A stretch of 64,000 nucleotides of DNA from NCBI GenBank assembly GCA_964016885.1, contig OZ024760.1, positions 22,010,001 through 22,074,000 on the forward strand, given 5' to 3'. Position numbers and translations under genes: made by a program. This document shows positions 42,455 through 56,289 of the stretch, in pieces (position 1 is the stretch's first letter; every line of letters begins with the position of its first letter). The notes beneath the pieces were generated by a model, which saw nothing but the letters and a program-made list of their open reading frames with translations, was not told the DNA's origin and made no database searches. This stretch comes from Eledone cirrhosa. Taxonomy: Eukaryota.

Positions 42455-44232
42455 GTTGTTGTTCGTAGTGGTGGTGGTAGTGGTGGTAGTGGTGGTGGTA
42501 GTGGTAGTGGTAGTGGTGGTGGTAGTGGTGGTAGTGGTGGTGGTAGTAGTAGTAGTGGTGGTGGTAGTGGTAGTGGTGGTGGTAGTGGTAGTGGTGGTAG
42601 TAGTGGTGGTGGTGGTAGTGGTGGTGGTGGTGGTGGTAGTGGTAGTAGTGGTCGTGGTAGTAGTAGTGGTGGTAGTGGTGGTGGTAGTAGTAGTGGTCGT
42701 GGTAGTAGTAGTAGTGGTGGTGGTAGTGGTGGTGGTGGTGGTAGTGGTAGTAGTGGTCGTGGTAGTAGTAGTAGTGGTGGTGGTGGTGGTAGTGGTGGTG
42801 GTAGTGGTAGTAGTAGTAGTGGTGGTGGTAGTGGTAGTAGTGGTCGTGGTAGTAGTAGTAGTGGTGGTGGTGGTGGTAGTAGTGGTCGTGGTAGTAGTAG
42901 TAGTGGTGGTGGCGGTGGTGGTGGTGGTGGTAGTGGTGGTGGTGGTGTTGTTTGAAGTTGATGCTGATGGTGAGGGAAATTATGATGCTGCTGGTAATAA
43001 TAATGATGATGATGATGATGTTGGTGATGTTGGTGTTGATGGTGGCGGCGTTGGTGATGATCATGTTCGTGCTGCTGTTGGTGATGATGATGATGATGGT
43101 GGTTGTATTGGTGGTGTTGGTGATGGTGATGATGGTGGTGAGGATTTTGGTGATGCTGGTGTTGTTGATGATGATGATGATGATGGTGGTGGTGATGATG
43201 TTGACGATGATGATGATGTTGGTAATGATGATGTGATAATGGTGATGATCATATTGATGGTGATGATGATGGTGGTGGTGGTGGTGGCGTTGATGATGAT
43301 GATGACGGCCATGTTGATGGTGATGACGTGACGATGGTGATGATGGGTGATGTCGGTGACGATGGTGATGAAAGTGATCTTGATGATGTTGATGGTGATT
43401 GTGATGACGCTGATGTTGATGTCGGTGATAACGTTGATGATGATGGTGATGATGGTGATGGTGATGGTGATGGTGGTGGTGGTGATGGTGGTGGTGATGG
43501 TGGTGATGGTGGTGATGGTGATGGTGGTGATGGTGGTGGTGGTGGTGGTGGTGGTGATGGTGGTGATGGTGGTGATGGTGATGGTGGTGGTGGTGGTGGT
43601 GGTGGTGGTGATGGTGGTGATGGTAGTGATGATGATGGTGGTGATGGTGGTGGTGATGGTGGTGATGGTGATGGTGGTGGTGGTGGTGATGGTGGTGATG
43701 GTGGTGGTGATGGTGGTGGTGATGGTGGTGATGGTGGTGATGGTAGTGATGATGATGGTGGTGATGATGGTGATGGTGATGGTGGTGGTGATGATGATGG
43801 TGATGGTGGTGATGATGGTGGTGATGGTGGTGGTGATGGTGATGATGGTGGTGATGGTGGTGGTGATGGTGCTGATGATGATAGTGATGGTGATGGTGGT
43901 GATGGTGATGGTGGTGGTGGTGTTGATGGTGGTGGTGATGGTGATGATGGTGGTGATGGTGATGATGGTGGTGATGGTGGTGATGGTGGTGATGATGGTG
44001 GTGATGGTGGTGGTGATGGTGGTGGTGGTGATGGTGCTGATGATGATAGTGATGATGATGGTGGTGATGGTGATGGTGATGGTGGTGGTGATGGTGGTGG
44101 TGGTGGTGATGATGATAGTGATGATGATGGTGGTGATGGTGATGGTGGTGGTGATGATGGTGGTTGGGATGATGATGGTGGTGGTGTGTACAGTGGTGGT
44201 GGTGGTGTGTACAGTGGTGGTGGTGGTGGTGG
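42455..44232. repeat. (GGT/AGT/GAT)n trinucleotide field
   Basis: Simple repeat, open in several frames at once. Confidence 0.93.
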
Positions 44233-44309
44233 GTACAGTGGTACTGCTACAGTCACTGTTAATACTGCAGTCTTGCTACTGTTACAGTCGCTGCTTTTCC
44301 CGTTCGATC

Positions 44310-45340
44310 TAACACTACCACCACTACTACTACACCTACTGCTACTACTATTACTACTACTACTACTACACCTACTGCTACTACTATTACTACACCTACT
44401 ACTACTACTACTACTACACCTACTGCTACTACTATTACTACAACAACTACTGCTGCTGCCACCACCACTACTACTATTACTACTACTGCTGCACCTACTA
44501 CTACTACTGTGGCTACTACTACCACCAACACCCTCAACACTACCACCAACAACACCACCACCACCAACATCAACACCACCACCCTCACGAACACCACCAC
44601 CATCAACACTACCACCACTACTACCACCACCATCACCCTCAAACCACCACCACAACCACCACCACCACCCTCAACACCATCACCACCACCACCACCACCC
44701 TCAACACCATCACCACCACCACCACCACCACCACCATCCTCAACACCACCACCACTACTACCACCACCATCACCCTCAAACCACCACCACAACCACCACC
44801 ACCACCCTCAACACCATCACCACCACCACCACCACCCTCAACACCATCACCACCACCACCACCACCACCACCATCCTCAACACCACCACCACTACTACCA
44901 CCACCATCACCCTCAAACCACCACCACAACCACCACCACCACCCTCAACACCATCACCACCACCACCACCACCACCCTCAACACCATCACCACCACCACC
45001 ACCACCCTCAACACCATCACCACCACCACCACCACCACCACCACCACCACCCTCAACACCATCACCACCACCACCACCACCCTCAACACCATCACCACCA
45101 CCACCACCACCACCACCATCCTCAACACCACCACCACCATCACCACCACCCTCAACACCACCACCACCATCACCACCACCCTCAACACCATCACCACCAC
45201 CACCACCACCCTCAACACCACCACCACCATCACCACCACCCTCAACACCATCACCACCACCACCACCACCCTCAACACCACCACCACCACCACCACCACC
45301 CTCAACACCAACACCACCACCACCATCACCACCACCACTG
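44310..45340. repeat. (CTA/CCA)n trinucleotide field with a 137-bp internal duplication
   Basis: Simple repeat. CATCACCCTCAAACCACC recurs at ~137-bp spacing. Confidence 0.92.
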
Positions 45341-45429
45341 CTGCAGTGTTAAACATGTTTAAGTCTCGACGAAGCGTCAAAAACCCGATCGATATATATA
45401 TATCATGAAAGGTCAAAAGCTGTAGAGAT

Positions 45430-45723
45430 ATGTGTGTGTGTGTGTTTCAGTGTGTGTCAGTGTGTGTTTCAGTGTGTGTCAGTGTGTGTGTGTGTGTGTG
45501 TCAGTGTCTCAGTGTGTGTGTGTGTGTGTGTCTGTCTCAGTGTGTGTGTGTGTGTGTCAGTGTGTGTGTGTATATATATATGAGTATGTCAGTGAGTGTG
45601 TCAGCGTGTTTGTGAGTGTCAGCGTGTGTGTGTGTGTGTGTGTGTCAGTGTGTGTGTGTGTGTATATATATATGAGTGTGTCAGCGTGTGTTTGTGAGTG
45701 TCAGCGTGTGTGTGAGTGTCAGC

Positions 45724-45770
<47 letters not shown>

Positions 45771-46910
45771 TCTATATATATATACTCACACAGATATATA
45801 TATACATACACACACACACACACAAACACACGCAAACATACACACACATTCATACACACTGACACACACAGGCACACACACCTACCTACATACACATATA
45901 GATAAAACATACACACTGACGCACAAACATACACATACATACATATACATAGACACACGCACAGACATACATGTACACACACAAATATACATATATACAC
46001 ATACAGAGACACAGACACATACATGTACAAACACACACACATATACATACAAACATACACACATACAAACACAGACACACACAAACAGATACACACACAT
46101 ACACACACACATACATACATGTACAAACACACATATACAAACACACACACATGCACACATACACGTACAAATATACATAGAAACACATACAAACATGTAC
46201 AAACATACACACACATACATACATGTACAAACATACACACATACAAACACACACATACACAAACACATACATACATGTACAAACATACACATACATACAT
46301 GTACAAACACATACATACATGTACAAACATACACACACATATACACATACAATCATAGAGACACACACATACAAATATGTACAAACACACACACATACAT
46401 ACATGTACAAACACACACACATACATACATGTACAAACATACACACATACATACATGTACAAACACACACATACATACATGTACAAACACACACATACAT
46501 ACATGTACAAACATACACACATACACATACAATCATACAGAGACACACATACATACATGTACAAACATACATACATACATACACATAAACACACATACAT
46601 ACATGTACAAACATACACATACAATCATACAGAGACACACATACATGTACAAACATACATACACACACATACATACATGTACAAACATACACACACACAT
46701 ACATACATGTACAAACACACACACATACAATCATACAGAGACACACATACATACATGTACAAACATACACATAAACACATACACATACATACAAACATAC
46801 ATACATACACATAAACATACATACAAACATACACATACATACATGTACAAACATACACATACACACATGTACAAACACACACACAAACAGACAGACAGAC
46901 ACACACACGC
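45430..46910. repeat. (TG)n/(CA)n-derived tract with TCAG and ACATGTACAAAC subunits
   Basis: Simple or compound repeat. Confidence 0.9.
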
Positions 46911-47176
46911 CTAAACAGCAACATTCAATGCAGTCCAATACTATGAATATATAACCAGTTTTCAACGCAGTATATTGACGTCTATAGAAACTGGAGTGTA
47001 CCGTGTACACACACACACACACAGTGACACACACACATATCTATCTATCTGTATTAATATATAATACACGCACACACATATCTATCTATCTATCTAAATA
47101 TATAATACACGCACACACACTCACACCGAAACACACACTGACACGCATATATATATATACACATACATACATACAT

Positions 47177-47250
<74 letters not shown>

Positions 47251-47839
47251 TAGATCACACACATACATAAACAACACACGCACATGTATATTTATACATA
47301 CACACAAATACACCACATATATATACATACACACACACACATCACACACATACATATAGATAAAACACATACATATTTACATACATACACTAAATACATT
47401 TACATACACACCTATATACACTCAAACACACAAACTCACAGAGAGTAAGAAAAAAAAGAATTGGATCCTCGTCAGTTTGGACGATGCGTAGCCTAGTTCG
47501 ATCTTCTGAAATCCTGACATAATGAACGTTTGATTAAATGGCTGAATATCCCACTGACACGTGTAGCCTTAATATAATTCTGATGGAGAACAAGCGGCTG
47601 TGTATGTATGTAGTTAAGGGTTAAGGGCCGAAAAACTCGCTTGAAGTTATGGGGTTCTTCTCCGAAGACCTAATGTCAGCTCTCCTGAGTGTTTCTTACC
47701 ACAGTGTATGTATGTCTGTCTGTCTGTACATGTGTGTATGCACGTGTGTTTGTGTGTATGTATGTGTGTGTATGTATGTGTGTGTGTGTAACTACGTATG
47801 TATGTATGTATGTGTGAATGAAGGTATGTATATATGTAA

Positions 47840-47945
47840 CTCTTGAGAGTTCATACACCCTTTGACGGGTGTTGCTTTTTTCGTCCCGCAGGGTGACCAA
47901 AATCCAGGCTCCCCACCAAGCTTGCTTGGTGGGGAGCCTGGAGGA
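47840..47945 (-). mobile_element. RTE-like 5' UTR fragment containing a perfect hairpin
   Basis: Homologous in reverse to 15220-15315. Hairpin CAGGCTCCCCACCAAGC-TT-GCTTGGTGGGGAGCCTG. Confidence 0.55.
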
Positions 47946-48081
47946 CGGTAATGCATGACGTGAAGGAAGAAATTATGAGAAACAACGTTGAGCATGAACA
48001 GTTCAAGCTGTGTGCTCGTAAGGGCCTTGAGCCTGGTTTGTCTAAGTATCTTGGCATGAAGTTTGATTTAACCTGTAAAGA

Positions 48082-48429
48082 ACGCGGCTGGTTATGCTGA
48101 GGATGGCTCTGAACATTAATCTGTATACACTGAGGATGAAGAACCCAGAGCTGTAAGGGAGCCTCCCAAAAGTCAGCTCCAAAGTGACAGAGAGGAGACT
48201 GAGGTTAGCTGGACATGCTCACCGACATCCAGAGTTGACATTGCACTCAGTGCTCCTGTGGGAGCCCGTTTATGGACACACTGGAAAAGAAAGACCGAAG
48301 TTAACATATGTTGATGCCCTAAGGACAGACACTGGTCTGTTGGAGATGCAGGACATGGCAGCGATAATGAGGGACAGAGACCGCTGGAGAGAACTCGTCC
48401 ATGGATCTCAGGAATTTTACCCGCCTTAG
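48082..48429 (+). pseudogene. RTE-clade LINE reverse transcriptase, C-terminal region, decayed
   Basis: MLRMALNI...PEL*GSLPKVSSKVTERRLRLAGHAHRHPE...LLWEP..G...RPKLTYVDALRTDTG...MRDRDRWR, the RTE post-RT motifs RRLRxxGHxxR, RP and DRxxWR. One in-frame stop. Confidence 0.85.
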
Positions 48430-48740
48430 ATGTTTAAGTAGGGCAGGCTTTAGAAGTTATCAGAGAAGCCATGTACACTGGGGAACCTTCAACTGTGCCA
48501 TGTATGTCATTTCTGTTTGTAGGGAGTAGTGGAAAATAGTGTCCCAGTTGGTGGACCGAACCCTTATTTGAAAGTGCACCAAAACAGGACTTTAATAACA
48601 ACTGTGAGAAGCCTCGATTGTTGCAACGTCTGTGCAACAGCGTGCATGTCCTTAGCAGGATTTAAATGCCAGGGACGTGCTGCACATGCTTAAGTATCAA
48701 GCGATAGCATTACTCGAAATCTATGTATGTATGTATGTGT
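48430..48740 (+). mobile_element. RTE-like 3' end with decayed zinc fingers and a (TATG)n tail
   Basis: 48622-48693 reads CNVCATACMSLAGFKCQGRAAHA*, aligning with the 15616 finger. A second remnant CLSRAGFRSYQRSH lies at 48431. Confidence 0.6.
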
Positions 48741-48833
48741 GTAGGTAGGTACATACATATATTTACATATACATATGTACACACATTCACACACACGTGT
48801 GTGTGTGTGTGTGTGCGTGTGTGTGTGTGTGTA

Positions 48834-48980
48834 CGTTGGTTTCAATCGGGGGGTAGCCACAGTAAGTAAGGTACTCAAAACAGAGTATATAAAATATTTA
48901 ATCTAGAAATGGCTTCTACAGGACTAGAACTGATTCATTATTAAACAGTTCTGTCGTCCTGTAGAAGCCTTTTCTATATT
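48834..48980 (-). mobile_element. Fold-back Penelope-like terminus, family P1, diverged
   Basis: CCACAGTAAGTAAGGTACTCAA and TTCTACAGGAC/GTCCTGTAGAA arms, as in 2976-3138. Confidence 0.68.
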
Positions 48981-48982
48981 AT

Positions 48983-49034
<52 letters not shown>

Positions 49035-49330
49035 GTATATATATATATATACATATGTATATATATATATATACATACGTACATACATACATATACATAT
49101 GTACATACATACATATATATATATATACATATGTACATACATACATATATATATACATACATACATATATATACATACATATATACACATACATATATAC
49201 ATGTATATACATACATACATATATACATACATATACATACATACATATATACATATATATACATACATACATACATATATACATATATATACATACATAC
49301 ATATATATACATACATACATATACATACAT

Positions 49331-49363
<33 letters not shown>

Positions 49364-49811
49364 CATACATACATATATATACATACATACATATATATAC
49401 ATACATACATATATATACATACATACATACATATATATACATACATACATACATATATATACATACATACATACATACATATACATACATATATACATAT
49501 ATACATATATATACATACATACATACATATACATACATATACATACATACATATATATACATATATATACATACATACATACATACATACATATACATAC
49601 ATACATACATATACATACATACATACATACATACTTACTTATATATACATACATACTTATAGTGTCAGTGTCATACTTATATATACATACATACATACAT
49701 ACTTATATATACATACATACATACTTATATATACATACATACTTATATATACATACATACTTATATATACATACATACATACATACATACATACTTATAT
49801 ATACATACATA

Positions 49812-49843
<32 letters not shown>

Positions 49844-49910
49844 CATACATACATACACATACATACATACATACGTTTATATATATATATACATATATAT
49901 ATATGTATAT
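48981..49910. repeat. (TACA)n/(TA)n microsatellite
   Basis: Simple repeat. Confidence 0.95.
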
Positions 49911-50030
49911 TACTCTAGCTGTTTTAAGCTGCCGTGTTATGACTGTATTGTGTGTGCTATAACAACTCAATGTAGTAGACATGTACCTGGAACTGGTCAG
50001 ATCGATATATCGATCTATGAAGATAGCCAC

Positions 50031-50082
<52 letters not shown>

Positions 50083-50149
50083 ATATGGGTGGCTGTGCGT
50101 ACATAAAAGAATATGCACACACACACATATATATATATAATTATATAAC

Positions 50150-50510
50150 GTGTAGTTGGCCGAGAAATCCACAGGCACGTGTATCCTTCTCAGGAAGATT
50201 CAGTGTGACACAATATGAGACAAGGCTGGGCGAATGAAATAGAGAATGATATATATATATATATATATATATATATCCATATATATATATCGACAGTCGA
50301 TCGTCTTTCCTCAAATCGGACCGAGGAAACAATGTTTCCGCTGGTCTTTCCAGTTGCTAATACTATCTATCGGTCGCGACTCCAGGTAGAAGGAGCAACG
50401 GGGAAATAAAGTGTCTTGCTCAAGGACATAACGCATCACCTGGTCCAGGAATCGAACTCACAACCTTAGAATTGCGAATCCAATTCTCTAACCACTCAGC
50501 CACACGCCGT
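50150..50510 (-). mobile_element. tRNA-derived SINE split by a (TA)n-associated insertion
   Basis: Head and core at 50390-50510 (GTGTCTTGCTCAAGGAC, GGAATCGAACTC, AACCACTCAGCCA), tail at 50150-50235. Confidence 0.72.
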
Positions 50511-50876
50511 CACTACAAGTGTGTGTGAGTGTGGTGTGAGTGTGGTGTGAGTGTGGTGTGAGTGTGGTGTGAATGTGGTGTGGTGTGGTGTGAATGTGGT
50601 GTGATGTGAATGTGGTGTGGTGTGAATGTGGTGTGGTGTGAATGTGGTGTGGTGTGGTGTGGTGTGTGTGTAAAATGCAAACAGAAATAACAAAGCCAAT
50701 GATATAGTACATTGATGAAATAAACTATTCGAACACTTAAAATAGCTGTACGAGAGTTTTAACGCTTCCGACACCAGTCCTTCATCAGAAGATAGTAAGA
50801 AATAGAAGATAAATAGAAAGAAATTAGTGAGAAGAAGAAATAAAAAACATGTGCATTTATTCAACGAATACATGCA

Positions 50877-50950
<74 letters not shown>

Positions 50951-51033
50951 ATACTTTGGGAGGGTCATGTTGCCAATAAGAAACACACGCACCAAACACA
51001 AATTCAGAAACGAAATATATATATATATATATA

Positions 51034-51185
51034 GTAATAATAATAAATTTGAAGACTAAAATCCAAAGAGGGCTCGATAAGGATAAATATATATCAAATA
51101 TATAAGAACCGTAGAGCAAATATTTATTAAAATAACAGATTAAAGTTTAAGCAAAGAATCGCTTAAACTTTAATCTGTTATTTTA

Positions 51186-51193
<8 letters not shown>
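51034..51193. mobile_element. Fold-back element in (TA)n
   Basis: Perfect ~33-bp arms 51120-51152/51161-51193. Confidence 0.65.
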
Positions 51194-51242
<49 letters not shown>

Positions 51243-51247
<5 letters not shown>

Positions 51248-51681
51248 AAAAAAAGATGAAATCGAAAAAGCAACTGGAGTCTTATTTTAAAAAAATATAT
51301 AAATATTTATTTGGTTCCTTAAAACTGAGCCCCTCCCCCTTGTTTGAAGAACTTTGTAACGCGAAGTGGCGCGAAATTTATACTTATTGACCAACCAATC
51401 AAATTACTTCTCTAAAAACCTGGCGTTTCGAGTCACTTTTTCCATATAAAACAAGTAACATTGAAAGACCAACCAGATGTGAGAAAAACCACAGACCCTC
51501 CATCTCAACTCTATTTTTGAAAAGCAGAAGAACTGCGAAACCGGTAAAGGAACCAAATAAATATATATATATTTTTAAAAATATGACTCCAGTTGCATTT
51601 TCGATTTCATCTTTTTTTCTTTATACTTTCACTCGTGTAGGACACCTCGGTTATTTTTCATTTTGTAAAAAAAAACCTCAC

Positions 51682-51690
<9 letters not shown>
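51243..51690 (+). mobile_element. Penelope-like terminus with an inverted partial repeat and a decayed hammerhead
   Basis: ~77-bp arms 51243-51320/51547-51624. UUGAAAA-GCAG AAGAA CUGC-GAAA-CCGG-UA at 51517-51546. Confidence 0.68.
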
Positions 51691-51753
<63 letters not shown>

Positions 51754-51885
51754 CATGCATGAATTCTTTGAATGAATACACACGTGTTTTTATATATAAC
51801 CATTAGTATATATATTAAGGTATCGATCGCCTCTGATATGCAGCATAATAGGAAATAAAGTTGAGAAATTAAAAGCTTCTTCATC

Positions 51886-51931
<46 letters not shown>

Positions 51932-51957
51932 TCACATATATATATTTATATATATTT

Positions 51958-52088
51958 TTTGGCCAGGCTTTTGATATGAAATCGTGTGTCGAAATAAATA
52001 TTGTTATACTTGGGGAGGGTCATATTGTTGTAATAATATTTCTGACAATATTACATCAATATGACCCTCCCCAAGTATAACAATATAT
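51958..52088. mobile_element. Fold-back element
   Basis: ~38-bp arms 51998-52036/52050-52087. The arm sequence recurs at 50944-50972. Confidence 0.62.
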
Positions 52089-52469
52089 ATATATATATAA
52101 GTGGGAGCTTAGTAAAAATCGAAGCTTTGGTTGTAGCCAAGGAAAGTCGACCTACGATAAGGAATGAGTAGCAAAGCACTCAATAAGGGTAGGTCCTAAG
52201 ATTAATAACATTACGTTTAAATAGCTTGACAAATTGAAAATTGCAGTAAGCAAAACCCAACCATACAATACCAAAAACAACGAAAGAACTAATACAGAGT
52301 GGCAGAAGCTAATCTAAGGACAACTTATTTAAAATTGAATCTGGCAGATTAGGATTGTCTCAGAGATGAGATACGAATGTAATACTATCATCAGACTACC
52401 TTGAACATATGGTAAACATGGAGACACACGGTGGACTGATGTATATATGTATATATATACATATATACA

Positions 52470-52810
52470 GATATAATCAAATAATAGGAGGCTGGACTGG
52501 TGTAATTCCTTAAAAGGTTTATTATGCTATGATCATTTCAATGACCGGGTTCAGTATGAATTAGGTGACATCATCAGGTATTCGAAATTTAACAAAGGAA
52601 TATAATAGATAAAATCAATGGGGCTGAAAAGCTGAGACATGAGGGCGGCCGAACTTTTATCAGTTTTTATCCCGGTCAGCCGCCCTCAAATCATAGTATA
52701 ATAAACCTTTTAAGGAATTACACCAGTCCAGCCTCCTGTTATTTTATAATAATTAACCCCGTACTCGCACCACCAACAACACAAACAAAGACGGGTGAGT
52801 TGCATTACGT
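52470..52810. mobile_element. Penelope-like terminus with an inverted repeat and a hammerhead-like motif
   Basis: Arms 52479-52533/52690-52744. Minus strand 52581-52524 reads AUAC-CUGAUGA-(31 nt)-GAAA-UGAUCA-UA-GCAU; the other arm has GUAU, which restores stem I. Confidence 0.65.
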
Positions 52811-52894
52811 CGAGTGCTCTCCATAATATTACATCGAGATTGACCATACGGAATGACTAGCTCTATCCAGTGGTGAACCAACAAACCTAAATAA

Positions 52895-52926
<32 letters not shown>

Positions 52927-53347
52927 TAAACAGGCAAAACTCCAAAGTGTTAAAGTGTGAACTTTTGATAAAATTCTTCACTTTTTTCTATACTTCAGGC
53001 TGAATGTTTGTTTTTCCTATACTTTTAAATACACACACACACATATATATATCATATACATACATCATATGTATACATCATATGTATACATCATATATAT
53101 ACATCATATATATATACATCATATACATCATATATATATATATATAGGGAGTGTAATATCAAATTACTGTTAAATTTATGTCATTACCATCACAGAAGTC
53201 CGATGAGTTTGGCCCGATCGATACAGATCGATCTTGAGCGAAACGAGCGTCACACTTCAATAAATGTAATGAAAATGTAACGTAACACTTCGTACATATC
53301 ACACACACACACACACACACATTATATATATATATATATATATATAT

Positions 53348-53567
53348 AACGAAGGAGGTGTGGTAAGGAACCAGATGGATGGACCATAACACACCAGAGT
53401 ACTCAATACTTAGGGTAGTAGAGTGGGTAACAGGAAAATGTCCAGGACCCCGACAGCAGAGCTCAAGCCGTTTCGACGGCTATTTCTGGACTGAAATGAA
53501 ATAGCCGTCCAGAAATAGCCGTCGAAACGGCTTGAGCTCTGCCGTCGGGGTCCTGAACATTTTCCTA
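53348..53567 (-). mobile_element. Fold-back Penelope-like terminus, family P2
   Basis: 60-bp arms 53432-53491/53507-53566, bulged hairpin at 53401-53424, (TA)n flanks. Confidence 0.72.
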
Positions 53568-53607
53568 TATATATTATATATATATACATTCACGAACACA
53601 CACACAA

Positions 53608-53638
<31 letters not shown>

Positions 53639-53724
53639 CATTCACGAACACACACATATATATATATATATTTAGTTAGAAACTCAAAGTACTCTCTTAC
53701 AATTAAATATATATCTATAAGTAA

Positions 53725-53865
53725 AATAATTGTGTCAACTTCAGGCACAAGGCCAGCAATCACCCAGTGCATTACTGGTACTTTATTTTATCGACCCCGT
53801 AAGGATGAAAGACAAAGTCAACCTCGGCGGGATTTGAACTCAGATCGTAAAGGGACGTAACTATA
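53725..53865 (-). mobile_element. SINE family A, 5'-truncated
   Basis: Reverse B box and central domain. AAGTAAAATAAT occurs on both sides and may be a TSD. Confidence 0.85.
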
Positions 53866-53994
53866 AGTAAAATAATAATTATATCTCTCGATCTAATCAC
53901 AGCTGATACATATATGTAAATATGCATACGTACACACACATATATATATATATACACATACACATATATACGTATTGGTTATATCGAACATTAA

Positions 53995-54455
53995 TAATTG
54001 TTTCTACTTTTGGCACAAGGCCAGCAATTACCCATTACATTCCTGGTACTTTATTTTACCGACCCTCTACCGATAGTTAGTAAACAAACGTGTCCTATGC
54101 CGGTGACCGGTGGTCACCTATTTGTTCAACACTGGCTGACGACCGGTCACCGGCAGATGTGTTGAACCCAGGAACATGTTGATTGTTCCTCAGAAACATG
54201 TTGATTGTTTGTCTTGAACAGACAGATGACGACCGGTCACCGGCAGATGTGTTGAACCCAGGAACATGTTGATTGTTCCTCAGAAACATGTTGATTGTCT
54301 TGAACAGACAGATGACGACCGATCATCGGCACCGCACAGCTTCTAACCAGGCTCGTTTGTTTACAAACGAATCGAACATTTACGGGGTCGATAACATAAA
54401 GTACCAGTAATGCACTGGTATGATTGCTGGCCTTGTACCAAAAGTAGAAACATTT
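53995..54455. other. Two divergent SINE A fragments enclosing a 90-bp direct duplication bounded by 11-bp inverted repeats
   Basis: SINE (-) 53995-54075 and SINE (+) 54380-54455. GTAAACAAACG at 54080 and CGTTTGTTTAC at 54354. The 90-bp unit is repeated once. Confidence 0.7.
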
Positions 54456-55251
54456 ATTGTACATATCTTTATGCATATACTATTACACGTAGAGAGAATA
54501 AGAGAAACATGGCGAGGAGATTAAATTTTCCATTGTTTTCGATCGTTTCAGTGAGCAAAATTATCGATCTGCAGAGTAATTGATAGTAGTTATACAATTC
54601 CATACAGCCAGTTTCGATGAATCCTACATATTCTGCTGTCTATGATCAGAAACGCACACTCACTAACACACACAGAGAAACACACATTTATATATATGTA
54701 TGTATATTATTGCCTGAATGCGGGATTGTAATCACTAAAGAAGGAGTGCTCTATATACACATATATAGAGCTTCAACATAATATATAATTGATGGCAAAC
54801 TGGCGTATACCTTGCTTGGTACTCTGAGTTTCCTAAGCAAGCTGAAGGTATGTCGTTCGTCAGCGATCGGAATACACACACACACACACACACACACGTA
54901 CACCCACACAGATATATATATATAATTATATAATAAACAACACAATATAATTAGTCCAATACCCAAGGTTTCACGAAATTAGACGAAATACATAACATAT
55001 ATATATATATATATATATATATGCAAGTAAAAATTAGCGATAATCGAACTTTAGCTCAGGAATTAACGAAAAACACTTCCGAGTTGTGTGGCAAGCGCTC
55101 GATATTTCATATGAATTAGAGCTTACAACTTACGTTAAAGGCCAAACACACTGAGATGGTGGTTAACTAATCATCCGCACAGCGAAAATTCGACCGCCTA
55201 ATTCGGGTCAAACAGATATACAAATATAGAAATATATAAAAATATAAATGG

Positions 55252-55288
<37 letters not shown>

Positions 55289-55317
55289 AAAATATACATA
55301 AAGATATATATATGAAA

Positions 55318-55577
<260 letters not shown>

Positions 55578-55608
55578 GAAGTGGTTACACAACAGTTAGT
55601 TCACCATA

Positions 55609-55648
55609 CCGAGAACAATTGTTTCACCTTAGCGGATCTTCAGCTCGG
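55609..55648 (-). ncRNA. Complete minimal type I hammerhead ribozyme
   Basis: Minus strand reads CCGAG-CUGAAGA-UCC GCUAA GGU-GAAA-CAAUUG-UU-CUCGG, with a perfect 5-bp stem I, full core, palindromic ACAAUUGU stem III and a GUU cleavage triplet. An inverted copy lies at 55650-55684. Confidence 0.75.
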
Positions 55649-55787
55649 GCCGAGCTGAAGATCCGCTAAGGTGAAACAATTGTTATTTATATATATAAAT
55701 AACTCTGGAAAATTATTTTCCCGTAGAGTGCTTCCAATCTACTGTAAAACTCAATCTTTGATATACTCATTGAATCTTGTTTAACTC

Positions 55788-55841
<54 letters not shown>

Positions 55842-55965
55842 CCAGGGAGTGTAGCGCGGAGTTACTATGGTAACTAATCCACCAATCAAAACAACATAAA
55901 CTGACCAATATAGGAACGTTAGACGTTTTGTATGCCATGTATATTCATTCTCTCATTATTACTAC

Positions 55966-56122
55966 AGGCGGTTGATTGGCAGCATAGAGTTACGGCCCTT
56001 GCCATTCTGAGTTCAAATCCCGCCGAGGTTAACTTTGCCTTTCATTCTTACGGGGGTCGATAAAATAAAGTACCAGTAATACACTGGGTATTTGCTGGCC
56101 TTGTGCCAAAAGTAGAAACAAT

Positions 56123-56125
<3 letters not shown>
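55966..56125 (+). mobile_element. SINE family A with a deletion in the head
   Basis: Near-identical to 863-1060 apart from the deletion. Confidence 0.85.
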
Positions 56126-56164
<39 letters not shown>

Positions 56165-56289
56165 TCATTCGTGTGTGTATATTTAGTGGAAAAGTACGTC
56201 CGATAGTGAGAGATCGATAATTATTAGAAGGAAAGTTAGCGGAAATATGAGAAACAGAGATGTAGGCTTATTATACTTGGGGTTGTGTG

